Source: Bacteroidota bacterium (GTDB lineage: Bacteria > Bacteroidota > Bacteroidia > Cytophagales > Cytophagaceae). Taken from it: DNA of 51,284 nt. The translations under genes and the position numbers were made by a program. Position 1 is the stretch's first letter, and the number at the start of each line of letters is the position of its first letter. Below are positions 29,901 to 39,088 of the stretch, in pieces. The DNA lies in NCBI GenBank assembly GCA_023392125.1, contig JAEVZS010000001.1, positions 1-51,284 on the forward strand, in the 5' to 3' direction. The notes under the pieces were generated by a model. That model worked only from the letters and a program-made list of their open reading frames with translations. It was not told the DNA's origin and made no database searches.

Positions 29901-32900
29901 CACAACTTCCCAACTGGGCTTCTGCATAGTAGGTAGTAGTAGATGTCAGTACCGGAGTGGTAAAACTGTTGCCGGTATGAACAGCGCTTCCTCCTGAGGG
30001 AGCTGTATACCAGCTAATATTACCACCACTTACGGAAGATGTAAATGTAGCAGTTCTTCCGGAGCAGATTGTTGCACTAGATGGTGTAACTGTTGGTGCA
30101 ACCGGAGTTGGATTTACAGTTACAGCAAGCGATGTTCTTGCAGCACTTGCACATGCACCATCATTAGACTCAGCATAGTAAGTAGTAGTGCTTGTCAGTG
30201 CAGGGGTTGTGAAGCTGCTTCCTGTAGCGACCGGCGAACCACCGGAAGGGGAAGTAAACCAGCTAAACGAAGCTCCTACCGGAGCCGATGCATTGAATGT
30301 AACAGTTTGTCCTGCACAGATGGTGGTATCTGTCGGTGTTACGGTCGGAGCACTTGGTCTTGGCAATACAGTTACCTCCAGCTGGGTACGTGTGCTGCTT
30401 GCACATGCACCGTCATTGGACTCGGCATAGTAGGTAGTATTGCTTGTCAGCGCAGGAGTTGTGAAGCTGCTTTCTGTAGCGACCGGCGAACCACCGGAAG
30501 GGGAAGTAAACCAGCTAAACGAAGCTCCCGCCGGAGCCGATGCATTGAATGTAACAGTTTGTCCTGCACAGATTGTAGTATCTGTCGGAGTTACAGTCGG
30601 AGCAACCGGAGTAGGCAGTACAGTTACCTCCAGCTGGGTACGTGTGCTGCTTGCGCATGCACCGTCATTGGACTCGGCATAGTAGGTAGTATTGCTTGTC
30701 AGCGCAGGAGTTGTGAAGCTGCTTCCTGTAGCGACCGGCGAACCACCGGAAGGGGAAGTAAACCAGCTAAACGAAGCTCCCGCCGGAGCCGATGCATTGA
30801 ACGTAACAGTTTGTCCTGCACAGATGGTAGTATCTGTCGGTGTTACAGTCGGAGCAACCGGAGTAGGCAGTACAGTTACCTCCAGCTGGGTACGTGTGCT
30901 GCTTGCACATGAGCCGTCATTGGACTCTGCATAGAAAGTGGTATCGGAAGTCAATACACCTGTGGTGAAATTGTCTCCGATAGCGATCACTGATCCACCT
31001 GCAGGCTCAGTATACCAGAAGAATACTGCTCCGGAGGGTGCTGTAGCATTGAACGTAACAGTTTGTCCTGCACAGATGGTAGTATCTGTCGGTGTTACAG
31101 TCGGAGCAACCGGAGTAGACAGTACAGTTACCTCCAGCTGAGTACGGCTACCGCTTGCGCATGCACCGTCATTGGATTCAGCATAGAAGGTAGTGTCTGC
31201 AGTCAGAGCACCGGTAGTAAAGCTGCTTCCTGTAGCAACCGGAGTGCCACCGATAGCCTCGGTATACCAGTTGAATGAAGCTCCTGCCGGAGCCGATGCA
31301 TTGAACGTAACAGTTTGTCCTGCGCAGATGGTGGTATCTGTCGGTGTTACGGTTGGGGCAGCCGGAGTAGGCAGTACAGTTACCTCCAACTCGGTACGCG
31401 TGCCACTTGGACAGGTTCCGTCATTGGACTCTACATAGAAAGTGGTATCGGAAGTCAATATACCTGTGGTGAAATTGTCTCCGATAGCGATCACCGATCC
31501 ACCTGCAGGCTCAGTATACCAGAAGAATACTGCTCCCGCCGGTGCTGTAGCATTGAATGTAACAGTTTGTCCTGCACAGATGGTGGTATCCGTTGGAGTT
31601 ACAGTAGGTGCTGCCGGAGCAGGGTTTACCGTAATATCGAGCTGGGTACGGGTACTGCTTGGACAGGTCCCGTTATTGGATTCTACATAAAAAGTGGTAT
31701 CGGAAGTTAACGCACCTGTGGTGAAGTTGTCCCCGATAGCGATCACCGATCCGCCTGCAGGCTCAGTATACCAGAAGAATACTGCTCCGGAGGGAGCTGT
31801 AGCGTTGAAGCTTACTGTTTCACCAGCGCAAATGGTTGTATCGGTCGGAGATACAGTAGGTGCTGCCGGAGAGTTATTGATAGTAACTTCTACCTGAGTA
31901 CGGGTACTGCTTGGACAGGTCCCGTCATTGGACTCTACATAAAAAGTGGTATCGGAAGTTAATGCACCTGTGGTGAAGTTGTCTCCGATAGCGATCACCG
32001 ATCCGCCTGTGGGTTCAGTATACCAGAAGAATGTTGCTCCCGCCGGTGCTGTAGCATTGAATGTAACAGTTTGTCCGGCACAGATTGTCGTATCTGTCGG
32101 AGATACGGTAGGTGTTGCCGGAGCAGGGTTTACAGTTACCTCTACCTGGGTACGGGTGTCGCTGGCGCAGGTCCCGTCATTGGACTCTACATAGAAAGTA
32201 GTATCGGAAGTTAATGCACCTGTGGTGAAGTTGTCTCCGATAGCGATCACCGATCCGCCTGTGGGTTCAGTATACCAGAAGAATGTTGCTCCCGCCGGTG
32301 CCGTAGCATTGAAGGTTACGGTTTCGCCTGCACAAACTGTTGTGTCAGTCGGAGTAACTGTCGGTGCTGCTACTGATTCATTTACGGTTACGTTGACCTG
32401 AGTACGAGTGGGACTGGTACAGGTGCCATCGTTTGATTCAGCATAAAAAGCCGTATCACTGTTAAGTGGTCCGGTAGTATAATTGTCCCCGATAGCAATC
32501 ACGGAACCGCCTGTAGGCTGAGTGTACCAGAAGATGGTACTGCCAGAAGACGGAACATTAAACGTTACGGTCTCACCTGCACAAATCGTTGTGTCGGAAG
32601 GAGTAACTATCGGAGCTGCGGGGCCTGCTGACTTGGTTTCAGCATAATAAACCCTGAATCCGTCCAGAAGTCCTACCAATTGCGAGGACAGCGTAATTTT
32701 CACTCTGTCAAAATTGTCATCAGGTTTCAGCCGGACAACGATTCTGCTTGCTCCGTCCACAATACGCACTTGCAGTATGGATGAAGTCAGTACAGTGGCA
32801 TCCGGATTGGGTACAGCTCCATTGAAGGTCTGTACGGTAACACCCTGAAAGATGTTTAGATCGATCAGGGCATTGTCACTTCCGATGCCAATGAGCAGAG

Positions 32901-33198
32901 AGTCACAGCCATCGCTGGTCGTGACAGAAGGAAAGATTAACGTCTGTTCCACGGATACCCCCAGCAGACCTGCTGTAATGGTAAATGTAGAATAGGTTGA
33001 TGTAGTGCCATCAACAGCATTATTGGGATTTACTACACCGCATAGCACACATAAACCGTTGACCTGGTTTGTTTGTGTGTTGGCGTATGTCTGTGCATTG
33101 CTTCGCTGGCTATAAAAAATCAGCAGCAAAAGCAATATGCTTAACAGGCCAGACCTGGGTATACCGGTCAGCCATCGATAGAGTGTTAAATTAAACAT
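26902..33198 (-). CDS. Giant T9SS-secreted repetitive surface protein (adhesin-like): signal peptide, N-terminal domain, 19 tandem ~84-aa Ig-like repeats, two ~120-aa C-proximal domains, T9SS C-terminal sorting domain
   Basis: 2098 aa. Signal peptide: LLSILLLLLIFYSQRSNAQ. Repeats follow the pattern PTVTPTDTTICAGQTVTFNA...FxWYT.P.GGS...G..FTT..LTS.TT.Y.ES..G.C.S..RT...VTV. The C-terminus matches the T9SS type-A CTD pattern (YPNPADNNIVINV...SGVYILKV...IIKK). The many + strand ORFs across 27.5-32.2 kb are shadow ORFs created by the repeat periodicity. Confidence 0.85.
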   Translation of the reverse strand: MFNLTLYRWLTGIPRSGLLSILLLLLIFYSQRSNAQTYANTQTNQVNGLCVLCGVVNPNNAVDGTTSTYSTFTITAGLLGVSVEQTLIFPSVTTSDGCDSLLIGIGSDNALIDLNIFQGVTVQTFNGAVPNPDATVLTSSILQVRIVDGASRIVVRLKPDDNFDRVKITLSSQLVGLLDGFRVYYAETKSAGPAAPIVTPSDTTICAGETVTFNVPSSGSTIFWYTQPTGGSVIAIGDNYTTGPLNSDTAFYAESNDGTCTSPTRTQVNVTVNESVAAPTVTPTDTTVCAGETVTFNATAPAGATFFWYTEPTGGSVIAIGDNFTTGALTSDTTFYVESNDGTCASDTRTQVEVTVNPAPATPTVSPTDTTICAGQTVTFNATAPAGATFFWYTEPTGGSVIAIGDNFTTGALTSDTTFYVESNDGTCPSSTRTQVEVTINNSPAAPTVSPTDTTICAGETVSFNATAPSGAVFFWYTEPAGGSVIAIGDNFTTGALTSDTTFYVESNNGTCPSSTRTQLDITVNPAPAAPTVTPTDTTICAGQTVTFNATAPAGAVFFWYTEPAGGSVIAIGDNFTTGILTSDTTFYVESNDGTCPSGTRTELEVTVLPTPAAPTVTPTDTTICAGQTVTFNASAPAGASFNWYTEAIGGTPVATGSSFTTGALTADTTFYAESNDGACASGSRTQLEVTVLSTPVAPTVTPTDTTICAGQTVTFNATAPSGAVFFWYTEPAGGSVIAIGDNFTTGVLTSDTTFYAESNDGSCASSTRTQLEVTVLPTPVAPTVTPTDTTICAGQTVTFNASAPAGASFSWFTSPSGGSPVATGSSFTTPALTSNTTYYAESNDGACASSTRTQLEVTVLPTPVAPTVTPTDTTICAGQTVTFNASAPAGASFSWFTSPSGGSPVATESSFTTPALTSNTTYYAESNDGACASSTRTQLEVTVLPRPSAPTVTPTDTTICAGQTVTFNASAPVGASFSWFTSPSGGSPVATGSSFTTPALTSTTTYYAESNDGACASAARTSLAVTVNPTPVAPTVTPSSATICSGRTATFTSSVSGGNISWYTAPSGGSAVHTGNSFTTPVLTSTTTYYAEAQLGSCASVTRTAVTVTVNPTPVAPIVVPAADTICSGQTTTLTVTSPPGTARWYIVPSGGTPLYTGTTYTTPVLTSNITFYADVIQGSCASPRTPVSIQVRSVPATPTVSPASATICSGQTAIFNMTAPSGSTGWWYATSSGGSPIFTGNTFTTPALTATTTYYVAANNGACSSTNRRAVTVTVNPVPAAPTVTPSSASICSGQTATFTASGTGTFSWYTVPSGGTAIATGSSFTTPALTATTTYYAGATSGSCASATRTAVTVTVNATPAAPTVTPSSASICSGQTATFTASGTGTFSWYIVASGGTPVYTGNTFTTPALTSNTTYYVSATSGTCTSATRTAVNVTVNSAPSAPTVTPSSASICSGQTATFTASGTGTFSWYTVPSGGTAIFTGSTYTTPALTSNTTYYVSATSGSCSSATRTAVNVTVTTAPSAPTVTPPSASICSGQTATFTASGTGTFSWYTAASGGTPIATGSSFTTPALTANTTYYVEAISGTCTSATRTAASVTITSAPSAPVVSPPTESICSGQTATFSATSSPGASINWYAVASGGTPVHTGSSFTTPALTSPATYYAEATIGSCTSLVSRSPAVVTINAAPSAPVVTPSSRTICAGETASFTATADPGATINWYTAASGGTPVHTGSSFTSPVLTSSTTYYAEATLGGCSSSSRSSASVTVQVCQNAVTSFTLVNATNNTDIATLYDGDILDLATLPAGINIRANVYDLATTKSVVFIFSAHPGGRTENGAPFALFGDNNGNYNSWCCANVGTYNLSATPYTGNNASGSAGVGQAIEFQIIDSRIPTIVSYTLVNAGTNTDIGPLVNGQTLNLANLPSQISIRANANNVTHSVYFDFSDNNYDRIENEVPFSLFSDINGDYTPWCCPAPGTYVLKTTPYSELNATGISGPTSEITFYIVSSLRISNIETYPNPADNNIVINVSGDASATSQVIITDMSGKEYYSGSMPIESSRELNLSELRMSSGVYILKVISGDQIETRKIIKK
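27830..32610. repeat. Intragenic tandem array of 19 copies of a 252-bp unit (range 246-255 bp), several neighbouring copies near-identical
   Basis: Antisense shadow-ORF starts recur at 30188/30440/30692/30938/31193/31442/31694/31946, a 246-255 nt period. The three copies at about 30188-30940 are near-identical at the protein level. Repeats 14-16 (PTVTPSSASICSGQTATFTASGTGTFSWYT...) also form a near-identical block. Confidence 0.85.
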
Positions 33199-33725
33199 AA
33201 GCTGTGTTTTTGGTTGAAAATAAAATTTGGGGTAAGCGCGCTTACTTATTAACTAGTTGTTACAAAACTAAATATGAATAATAGTAAATCCAAGCAAATT
33301 TATTTTATTATTTAAGTTACTCGTTTATTACATCGTGAATATACGTTATGTGAAGGCTATGTTCAGCCGGAATATAGTTTTAAGACGAGAAATGGGAGCA
33401 GCCTGGGCTGATGTATGATGCCCCAAAATAAAAATTGAATTTTTTCAAGAAAATGACTCCGGTAATCCGGGTGCGTCGGGTTACGGAAAACAGTTGTTTT
33501 ATTCAGAAATTCACTGAGTATGCCGGAATAATTTTAAAAATGCTGATACAATGTGGTTGTGACCGGGGATGATAGCTTGCTAGGGCAGACACATAAGGGT
33601 TATTGTCGGGGAGGATGCGGAAGACCGGTAGAAGATTGCTTTTTTTAGGAAAATTTAGGCTTTTTTTAAGGGATATTTAAGAGGGAGAATGAGTGAATCT
33701 ATAATAAACATGATAAATTTGAAGA

Positions 33726-34709
33726 ATGAAGATTCGGAATATCTTGTTTTATGTTTTGATATGGCTTGTTTTTTTATCTTCCTGCAGGAGCCTGAAGTCC
33801 GTAGATAATCACTTGGCCCGGAGTAATTGTAATCAGCATAACATAAATGAATACTCCAGAGAAAGACTTCCGGAAGCTTTGTCGGTCCGACAACTGGATA
33901 CTCTTCTGACAAATCGTTTTTCTCTGCAAAGTCTGCATGTTGCCAACGCTATCGGAATTCTCGAACCGCTCAGAAATTTCATTGGTGCCCAGAAGGAATA
34001 TGAGCATGATCCGTCGATTGAAAACAGAATTCGTCTTCTGGAGATGAATCAATATATTAATCAGCGGATTAATATGGCTTCGCTGGAGGTTTCGGCGGTG
34101 GCTTCGGAACTGGATTGTGAAGAAGAACGGACAGCGCAGGTTGCCAATTATCTTAAAAACATGGAAGATGATGCGGAAACACGGCTTACGGTAGGTGTAA
34201 TTGTTACTGGTGCGGCAGGAGCTATTGTATCTGGCATACTCCTGGTAAGAAATCATGATGAGCAGATGGTGGAATACATCGGACTGGGCACCGGTATTGC
34301 AGAAGCCATTCTGGGTGTGGCCATTTTGCTCAACAAGCGTAAAGTATTGTTTGAGCATGAACGAAATGCGTTGAAGGATGTATGGGAAGGCCGCGAAATA
34401 TCCTCGATTTTTCCTGCGTCCATATGGTTTTATCTGAATAATTATAATCCTTCGTTACAGGACAAACACTCGCTGAGGTATAAGATCATAGAAAAATGGA
34501 TGGGATTCGGACAAATTGCGGAAGCCGGAAAAAATAATAAGAGAAAACTGCTCAGTCTTTATTTTGGTAATGGTGGTAAATATACGTCTGAACAGCTGAG
34601 AAACAGGGCGAATATGTATGACCAGCTGGAATCCTATATTAATCTTATGAAGCAGGATCTGAAAAGACTCGCAGTCGAATTTGAAATCATTACCATTATA
34701 TCACGATGA
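33726..34709 (+). CDS. Hypothetical lipoprotein/membrane protein
   Basis: 327 aa. A signal peptide with a lipobox-like LSSC is present. Two central hydrophobic helices follow (LTVGVIVTGAAGAIVSGILLV, IGLGTGIAEAILGVAILL). It overlaps the next gene by 4 nt (ATGA). Confidence 0.4.
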   Translation: MKIRNILFYVLIWLVFLSSCRSLKSVDNHLARSNCNQHNINEYSRERLPEALSVRQLDTLLTNRFSLQSLHVANAIGILEPLRNFIGAQKEYEHDPSIENRIRLLEMNQYINQRINMASLEVSAVASELDCEEERTAQVANYLKNMEDDAETRLTVGVIVTGAAGAIVSGILLVRNHDEQMVEYIGLGTGIAEAILGVAILLNKRKVLFEHERNALKDVWEGREISSIFPASIWFYLNNYNPSLQDKHSLRYKIIEKWMGFGQIAEAGKNNKRKLLSLYFGNGGKYTSEQLRNRANMYDQLESYINLMKQDLKRLAVEFEIITIISR

Positions 34710-35152
34710 AGTTTCTTTTGCTGATTTTTTTCAAATTAATTGTCATATCCGGTATTATAGGACAAGATCTTGCTCCGCGTGATGTACCGGAAAAAGTTCG
34801 TAGCGCTTTTGAAAGCAGGTACCCTGATACATATGTATATGAATGGGAATATAAAAGAAAAACAGGCTTCTATGAAGCCGAATTCATGTACAAAGGAATC
34901 AGGCATGAAGCCTGTTTTACGGATGAAGGAGTATGGATTGCGACAGAAAAGGAATTGAAAAAAAGTGATCTGCCGGAAGCAGTTCTGAATGCTTTGGAAA
35001 AATCAGCATATGGCGACTGGAAAGTTGATGAAGTGACAATGCATGAGTCTGAAAAGATTCCAGTAGTGTATGAGATTGAAATAAAAAAAGGAAAACGTGA
35101 ACTAGACTTGTATTTTTTTCCGGACGGAAAGCTGATGCAGGTGAAAAAGTGA
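34706..35152 (+). CDS. PepSY-like (beta-lactamase-inhibitor-like fold) small secreted protein
   Basis: 148 aa with a signal peptide. Two PepSY-like half-repeats each contain ...V..A......P...V.EWE...G.YE.E......E. The C-terminal DGKLMQVKK ending is typical of this family. Confidence 0.55.
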   Translation: MKFLLLIFFKLIVISGIIGQDLAPRDVPEKVRSAFESRYPDTYVYEWEYKRKTGFYEAEFMYKGIRHEACFTDEGVWIATEKELKKSDLPEAVLNALEKSAYGDWKVDEVTMHESEKIPVVYEIEIKKGKRELDLYFFPDGKLMQVKK

Positions 35153-35299
35153 AAAAACGTACAAACCGGGAGTTGATTTTATTATGCAAATAAATACGTA
35201 TTTTTGCCGGTAATTATTCTTTATATGATTTTTTTGGACTTTTTTATCATTGCATACCCTGTGTTGGTATCGTGATTTTGTATTCGTAATTTTCAATCT

Positions 35300-37528
35300 A
35301 TGAGATTTTTATATTTGCTTATAGCTGCATGTATCGGAGCCGGTGTATTCTGGTTCTATTTTGATGTCCGGATTCTGGATCCTGCCAATGCTGAGTGGCT
35401 GTTTGCCAATGGCGGAGACGGTATTCAGCATTATCTGGGGAGTTATGCTTTCAGATCAGACTCCTGGCATTTTCCGATAACAAAAACTACCTGGATCAAT
35501 TATCCGGAAGGAGTCTCAATTATTTACACAGATTCCAATCCTCTTCTGTCTATACTGGCCAAACTGTTCCGACCTGTATTTCCGCCGGAATATCAGTTTT
35601 TCGGGATCTGGTTTCTGTTATGCTGGATATTGCAAAGCGTTTTTGGTTTTTTGCTGGTCAGAAAGCTGACCGGTGATACATTGTACGCTCTTTTGGGCGG
35701 AGTTCTGTTCTGCTTACTACCTGCCCTGATCTTTCGTATAGGACATGCCAACCTGGTGGCTTTCTGGCTGATTATATGGGCTGTTTATGTTTGTGTTGAC
35801 AATGAGCTGAGTGCGGGTAAAAAACTTTTTCTTTTTTTTCTGATCGCTTCGATCGCTTCTATGGTTCATGCCTATCTCTGCAATATGAGTCTGATCATAG
35901 CAATATTATGGGGCATACGATATCTGCTGAAGCTATACAAAAACAGAAAAGAAGCAGAAGGAAAAAGAGCGCTGTATGCTTTTATAAGCCGGGGGGGAGT
36001 TTATCTTCTGTTTTTTCTGGTGTTTATATGGGGCCTGGGCTATTTTTATAACCGGCCTCAGAGCAGCGGTCTGCTGGGATTTGGCTATTACTCCATGAAT
36101 ATGCTGAGTCCGGTCAATCCGGGGTATCCGAATATATTTAAGCTACCTGTTTTTGCAATTACAGACGGGCAGTATGAAGGGTATAATTACCTTGGGGCAG
36201 GTGTGCTGACATTAATTGTCCTGGCTGTTGTGCTTGGCAGCAGAAAAAAAAGACTATGGCCTGTTTCATGGCCGGCCTGGGTAGTACTGCTCGCTGTTGC
36301 CGGTTTTGTTCTTTTTTACAAAAATAACTCTCTGAGCTATGGGCTCAAGCTTACGGGCATTGGCATCGTAGCGATCTATATGTATTGTTTTGCCCTTGTC
36401 AGGCAAATAGGTGACCGATCGGTTTTCTGGCTGATCCTTCCGGCTACGGTTTGTTTTCTGATAGCGTTGTCTCATATCGGATATATGGGAAGTTATCTGA
36501 TATACGAAATCAATTTGAACGAAAATGCTTTTTATTCCGGAATCTTCCGGACGATGCGCTCTTCGGGCAGGTTTTTCTGGGTTACTGCACTTATACTACT
36601 TTCTGTGGTGTTAGTGCTCGTGTACAAAAATGTACGGTACAAGGCTGTTGCGTATGCAATACTGGTCCTGGCAGTAGTATTGCAGCTTGCGGATATGTCG
36701 TATCGGTATAAGTCTGTGAATGCAGGAGACAGGAGGTATGTCAATCCTTTGAATGAAAAGGAAAAAGCGATGATCCGGAGTGCAAAATTTCTGAATTTTC
36801 TGGGTGGGGTTGATCTGCATATTGCAGGGTTTGCTTTGCTTAACGGGATAAAAGTAAATAATTTTTATACGGCCCATGCAGAAGGTAAGCTGACCAGGAA
36901 AAAAATGGAGCAGTTACGTGAAAACTTTACCGGACTTCGCTCAGATACTATGTTTCTGTTTCATGTGAATGAACTGGCTGTGCATAAGACTTACGGATTG
37001 ACAGAGCGATTTTACGGTGGTTATTTTGTGTCTCCTTCCGAAGACTATCCTGCAGATGATCCTGCCATGTATGTAACCCGAACTGTAACAGATACCTTGT
37101 CATTCCTTATGAAAATGATAAAGAATAGGCCTGTGGTTGTTTTGTGTGTTGCAGATGAGGCGAGTCTTCGGATGAATTCGTTTTTTACACATTGCATGGA
37201 TAGCGAATTCGGTACTGCCATGCGTCAACTGGGTTACAGAGACTCTTATCTTGCCCTCTTTGTTAATGGACAGCTGTACGAGGAGCTTCGTTCGGAAACG
37301 GATCCGGTCAGTATGGCGGACAGTGTTTTAAATCAGGCATTATTTATAAAGAGTTGTGGTGCGGAAAAATCTGAGCCTCAGGGTGTGGTCTGGCGGATAA
37401 ACGATACCGAGATAATTCAGCAGGCCAGAGGGTTGAATGTATTGGCGCTTGACTCTGTCAGTACTTCAGGGACTCCGTATTATCTGTTTAGCAATCTGGA
37501 TACTCATGCCTTTGATTATCCTTTTTAG
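35300..37528 (+). CDS. Large polytopic membrane protein of unknown function (possibly a glycosyltransferase-39/YfhO-like fold)
   Basis: 742 aa. About 12 or more hydrophobic helices in the N-terminal 450 aa, followed by a ~280-aa soluble domain. No catalytic motif recognised. Confidence 0.35.
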   Translation: MRFLYLLIAACIGAGVFWFYFDVRILDPANAEWLFANGGDGIQHYLGSYAFRSDSWHFPITKTTWINYPEGVSIIYTDSNPLLSILAKLFRPVFPPEYQFFGIWFLLCWILQSVFGFLLVRKLTGDTLYALLGGVLFCLLPALIFRIGHANLVAFWLIIWAVYVCVDNELSAGKKLFLFFLIASIASMVHAYLCNMSLIIAILWGIRYLLKLYKNRKEAEGKRALYAFISRGGVYLLFFLVFIWGLGYFYNRPQSSGLLGFGYYSMNMLSPVNPGYPNIFKLPVFAITDGQYEGYNYLGAGVLTLIVLAVVLGSRKKRLWPVSWPAWVVLLAVAGFVLFYKNNSLSYGLKLTGIGIVAIYMYCFALVRQIGDRSVFWLILPATVCFLIALSHIGYMGSYLIYEINLNENAFYSGIFRTMRSSGRFFWVTALILLSVVLVLVYKNVRYKAVAYAILVLAVVLQLADMSYRYKSVNAGDRRYVNPLNEKEKAMIRSAKFLNFLGGVDLHIAGFALLNGIKVNNFYTAHAEGKLTRKKMEQLRENFTGLRSDTMFLFHVNELAVHKTYGLTERFYGGYFVSPSEDYPADDPAMYVTRTVTDTLSFLMKMIKNRPVVVLCVADEASLRMNSFFTHCMDSEFGTAMRQLGYRDSYLALFVNGQLYEELRSETDPVSMADSVLNQALFIKSCGAEKSEPQGVVWRINDTEIIQQARGLNVLALDSVSTSGTPYYLFSNLDTHAFDYPF

Positions 37529-37595
37529 ATTATCGCAAAATGTCCGGTGATGAAATATTCGTAGTTACACCGGACATTTCTTTTTGGCTGGAGAA

Positions 37596-37976
37596 TCAGG
37601 CGGCTATTTTAAAACACTCTTCAGCGCATCTCTTGCATGCTTCAGCGCATTCCACACAGTGGTTCATGTCTTTGTACCTGCCGCATTCTTCGGCACATTC
37701 CGAGCATATTGCAGCGCATAATTTGGTAAGTTCTTTGGCCCGGCTGTTGCCAAGGCTTAATAACTGGGCAGTAGCGTAGCATATGGCTGCACATTGCATA
37801 TCAAGGCGGATGCATAAAGCCATTTTATTCACATCGGATTCTTCTGTACAGGATGTAGCGCAATGATTGCATATCGCAGCACAACGAAGACAAGCCTCGA
37901 TACATCGCTGATAATCATGATAACCTTTCATAATGATGTTTGATTTTAAGTACATCATGCAAACAGGCTTATTCAT
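37596..37976 (-). CDS. Cys-rich four-helix-bundle protein (DUF326 / Csp-like copper-storage family)
   Basis: 126 aa. Cys residues recur in CxxxC heptad-like patterns along predicted helices (CIEACLRCAAICNHCATSC, CAAICSECAEEC, CVECAEACKRCAEEC). No signal peptide, so cytosolic. Confidence 0.55.
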   Translation of the reverse strand: MNKPVCMMYLKSNIIMKGYHDYQRCIEACLRCAAICNHCATSCTEESDVNKMALCIRLDMQCAAICYATAQLLSLGNSRAKELTKLCAAICSECAEECGRYKDMNHCVECAEACKRCAEECFKIAA

Positions 37977-38105
37977 GTTTTGTTTGGCAGTGGCAAGGCA
38001 TATGGACTACGGATTGAAAAGTGAAATATGTAGAAATTTTACACATGAGCTGACAGGTTGGAAAAGCAGGTTATGTGCTCGTTAGCATAGGCGAGAAAAC
38101 GTGTT

Positions 38106-38140
38106 AGTCTCCGGAAACCAGAAAATGGTTTCCGGAGACT
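38106..38140. terminator. Perfect 14-bp-stem hairpin between convergent/tandem minus-strand genes
   Basis: AGTCTCCGGAAACC-agaaaat-GGTTTCCGGAGACT. It lies 17 nt downstream of the SPFH gene stop on the minus strand. No canonical U-tract follows, so it may act as a terminator, an RNA-stability element or a protein-binding site. Confidence 0.45.
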
Positions 38141-38156
38141 GGTTTGCAAACCGGTT

Positions 38157-38942
38157 TTACTGAACCGGTTTGAAGAAAGAGGGGGCCTGTCCGTAAATCG
38201 CTGTTTTACCGTCCCACTTTTCGATAAACTGCTGTTGGATCAACAAGTTATTGAGAGACTGCTTTCGTAATTCGTTGGCCTTGGCTTCGGCCTCGGCCAG
38301 TACGATCAGCTTGCGGGCTTCCGCCTGCGCAATTTTTAGCTCATTTTCTACTTTCATGGCCTGCTGAATGGCCGCGTTTTTGGCGTTGATCGCCTGTGTG
38401 ATGGACTCAGGGTAAACCACACCGGAAGTCATCTGCTCCAACTGGAAGCCTTCTTTATCCAGCAAACGCTGCATATGTTCCTGTACAGCTTCTTCGAATT
38501 TTTCCCGGTTGCTGATGATACTGTCAGTGCTGTATTTGTTAAACTCGATCCGGAAAGCATCCCGGATATAATTGAAAAGCGTAGTCTGGGTAATAACCTG
38601 TATCTCTTTGCGATATTTTTTGAAAATCTCTGGAGAATGCCCGTCTTTTACCTTAAAGCTAAGGGTAGGATCAACATCGAAGATGGAGCCATCCTTGGCG
38701 TTGACGGTAAACTTAGGATAATCTATAGTCTGTACATAGGTAGGAAACTCATAGACGCTTTCGGTAAGCGGGTTGTACCATACGCGTCCGGTGACCAGGT
38801 TGACGTCCTGAACCCCTTTGTCGGAACCATAGAGCCGGACAAGAATTCCCTCATGCCCCGCGTCGATACGTTCCGTAAAAACGACAAATGAAACAACAAT
38901 ACCGATTAGAATGGCCACAATGGCCGGTACAATAATGCGCAT
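38157..38942 (-). CDS. SPFH/Band-7 (prohibitin/HflC-like) family membrane protein
   Basis: 261 aa. An N-terminal TM anchor (IVPAIVAILIGIVVSFVV) is followed by an SPFH domain. The C-terminus is an Ala/Glu-rich coiled coil (KIAQAEARKLIVLAEAEAKANELRKQ). Confidence 0.75.
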   Translation of the reverse strand: MRIIVPAIVAILIGIVVSFVVFTERIDAGHEGILVRLYGSDKGVQDVNLVTGRVWYNPLTESVYEFPTYVQTIDYPKFTVNAKDGSIFDVDPTLSFKVKDGHSPEIFKKYRKEIQVITQTTLFNYIRDAFRIEFNKYSTDSIISNREKFEEAVQEHMQRLLDKEGFQLEQMTSGVVYPESITQAINAKNAAIQQAMKVENELKIAQAEARKLIVLAEAEAKANELRKQSLNNLLIQQQFIEKWDGKTAIYGQAPSFFKPVQ

Positions 38943-39088
38943 GATTTGATATTAGATTATAAATTATAGGGGTAAAGATAGAAGAAAATAGTATTGCATA
39001 CCTGTTTATATAAGTAAAATTGCACATAGAGCCAGATTGCCAAAGAGTACTGACATATATTTAACTAATAGTTGTCTGAATCTGTATA

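Noticed and set aside
27523-32194. Dozens of 60-200-aa ORFs on the + strand and alternate - frames inside the adhesin gene, including the Cys-rich 201-aa ORF at 30307..30912
   Set aside because: Their periodic ~252-nt spacing and near-identical translations show they are frame artefacts of the tandem repeat array within one long, well-supported minus-strand CDS.
27830-32610. Regular ~250-bp periodic repeats considered as a possible CRISPR or satellite array
   Set aside because: The units are contiguous with no unique spacers, are in-frame, and encode conserved Ig-like modules of a single ORF. This is not a CRISPR architecture.
26902-33198. Higher GC of the adhesin gene relative to its flanks, considered as evidence of horizontal acquisition
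   Set aside because: The skew is explained by the extreme Thr/Ala/Pro/Gly/Ser codon content of the repeats and by the AT-rich intergenic flanks. Compositional evidence alone is insufficient.
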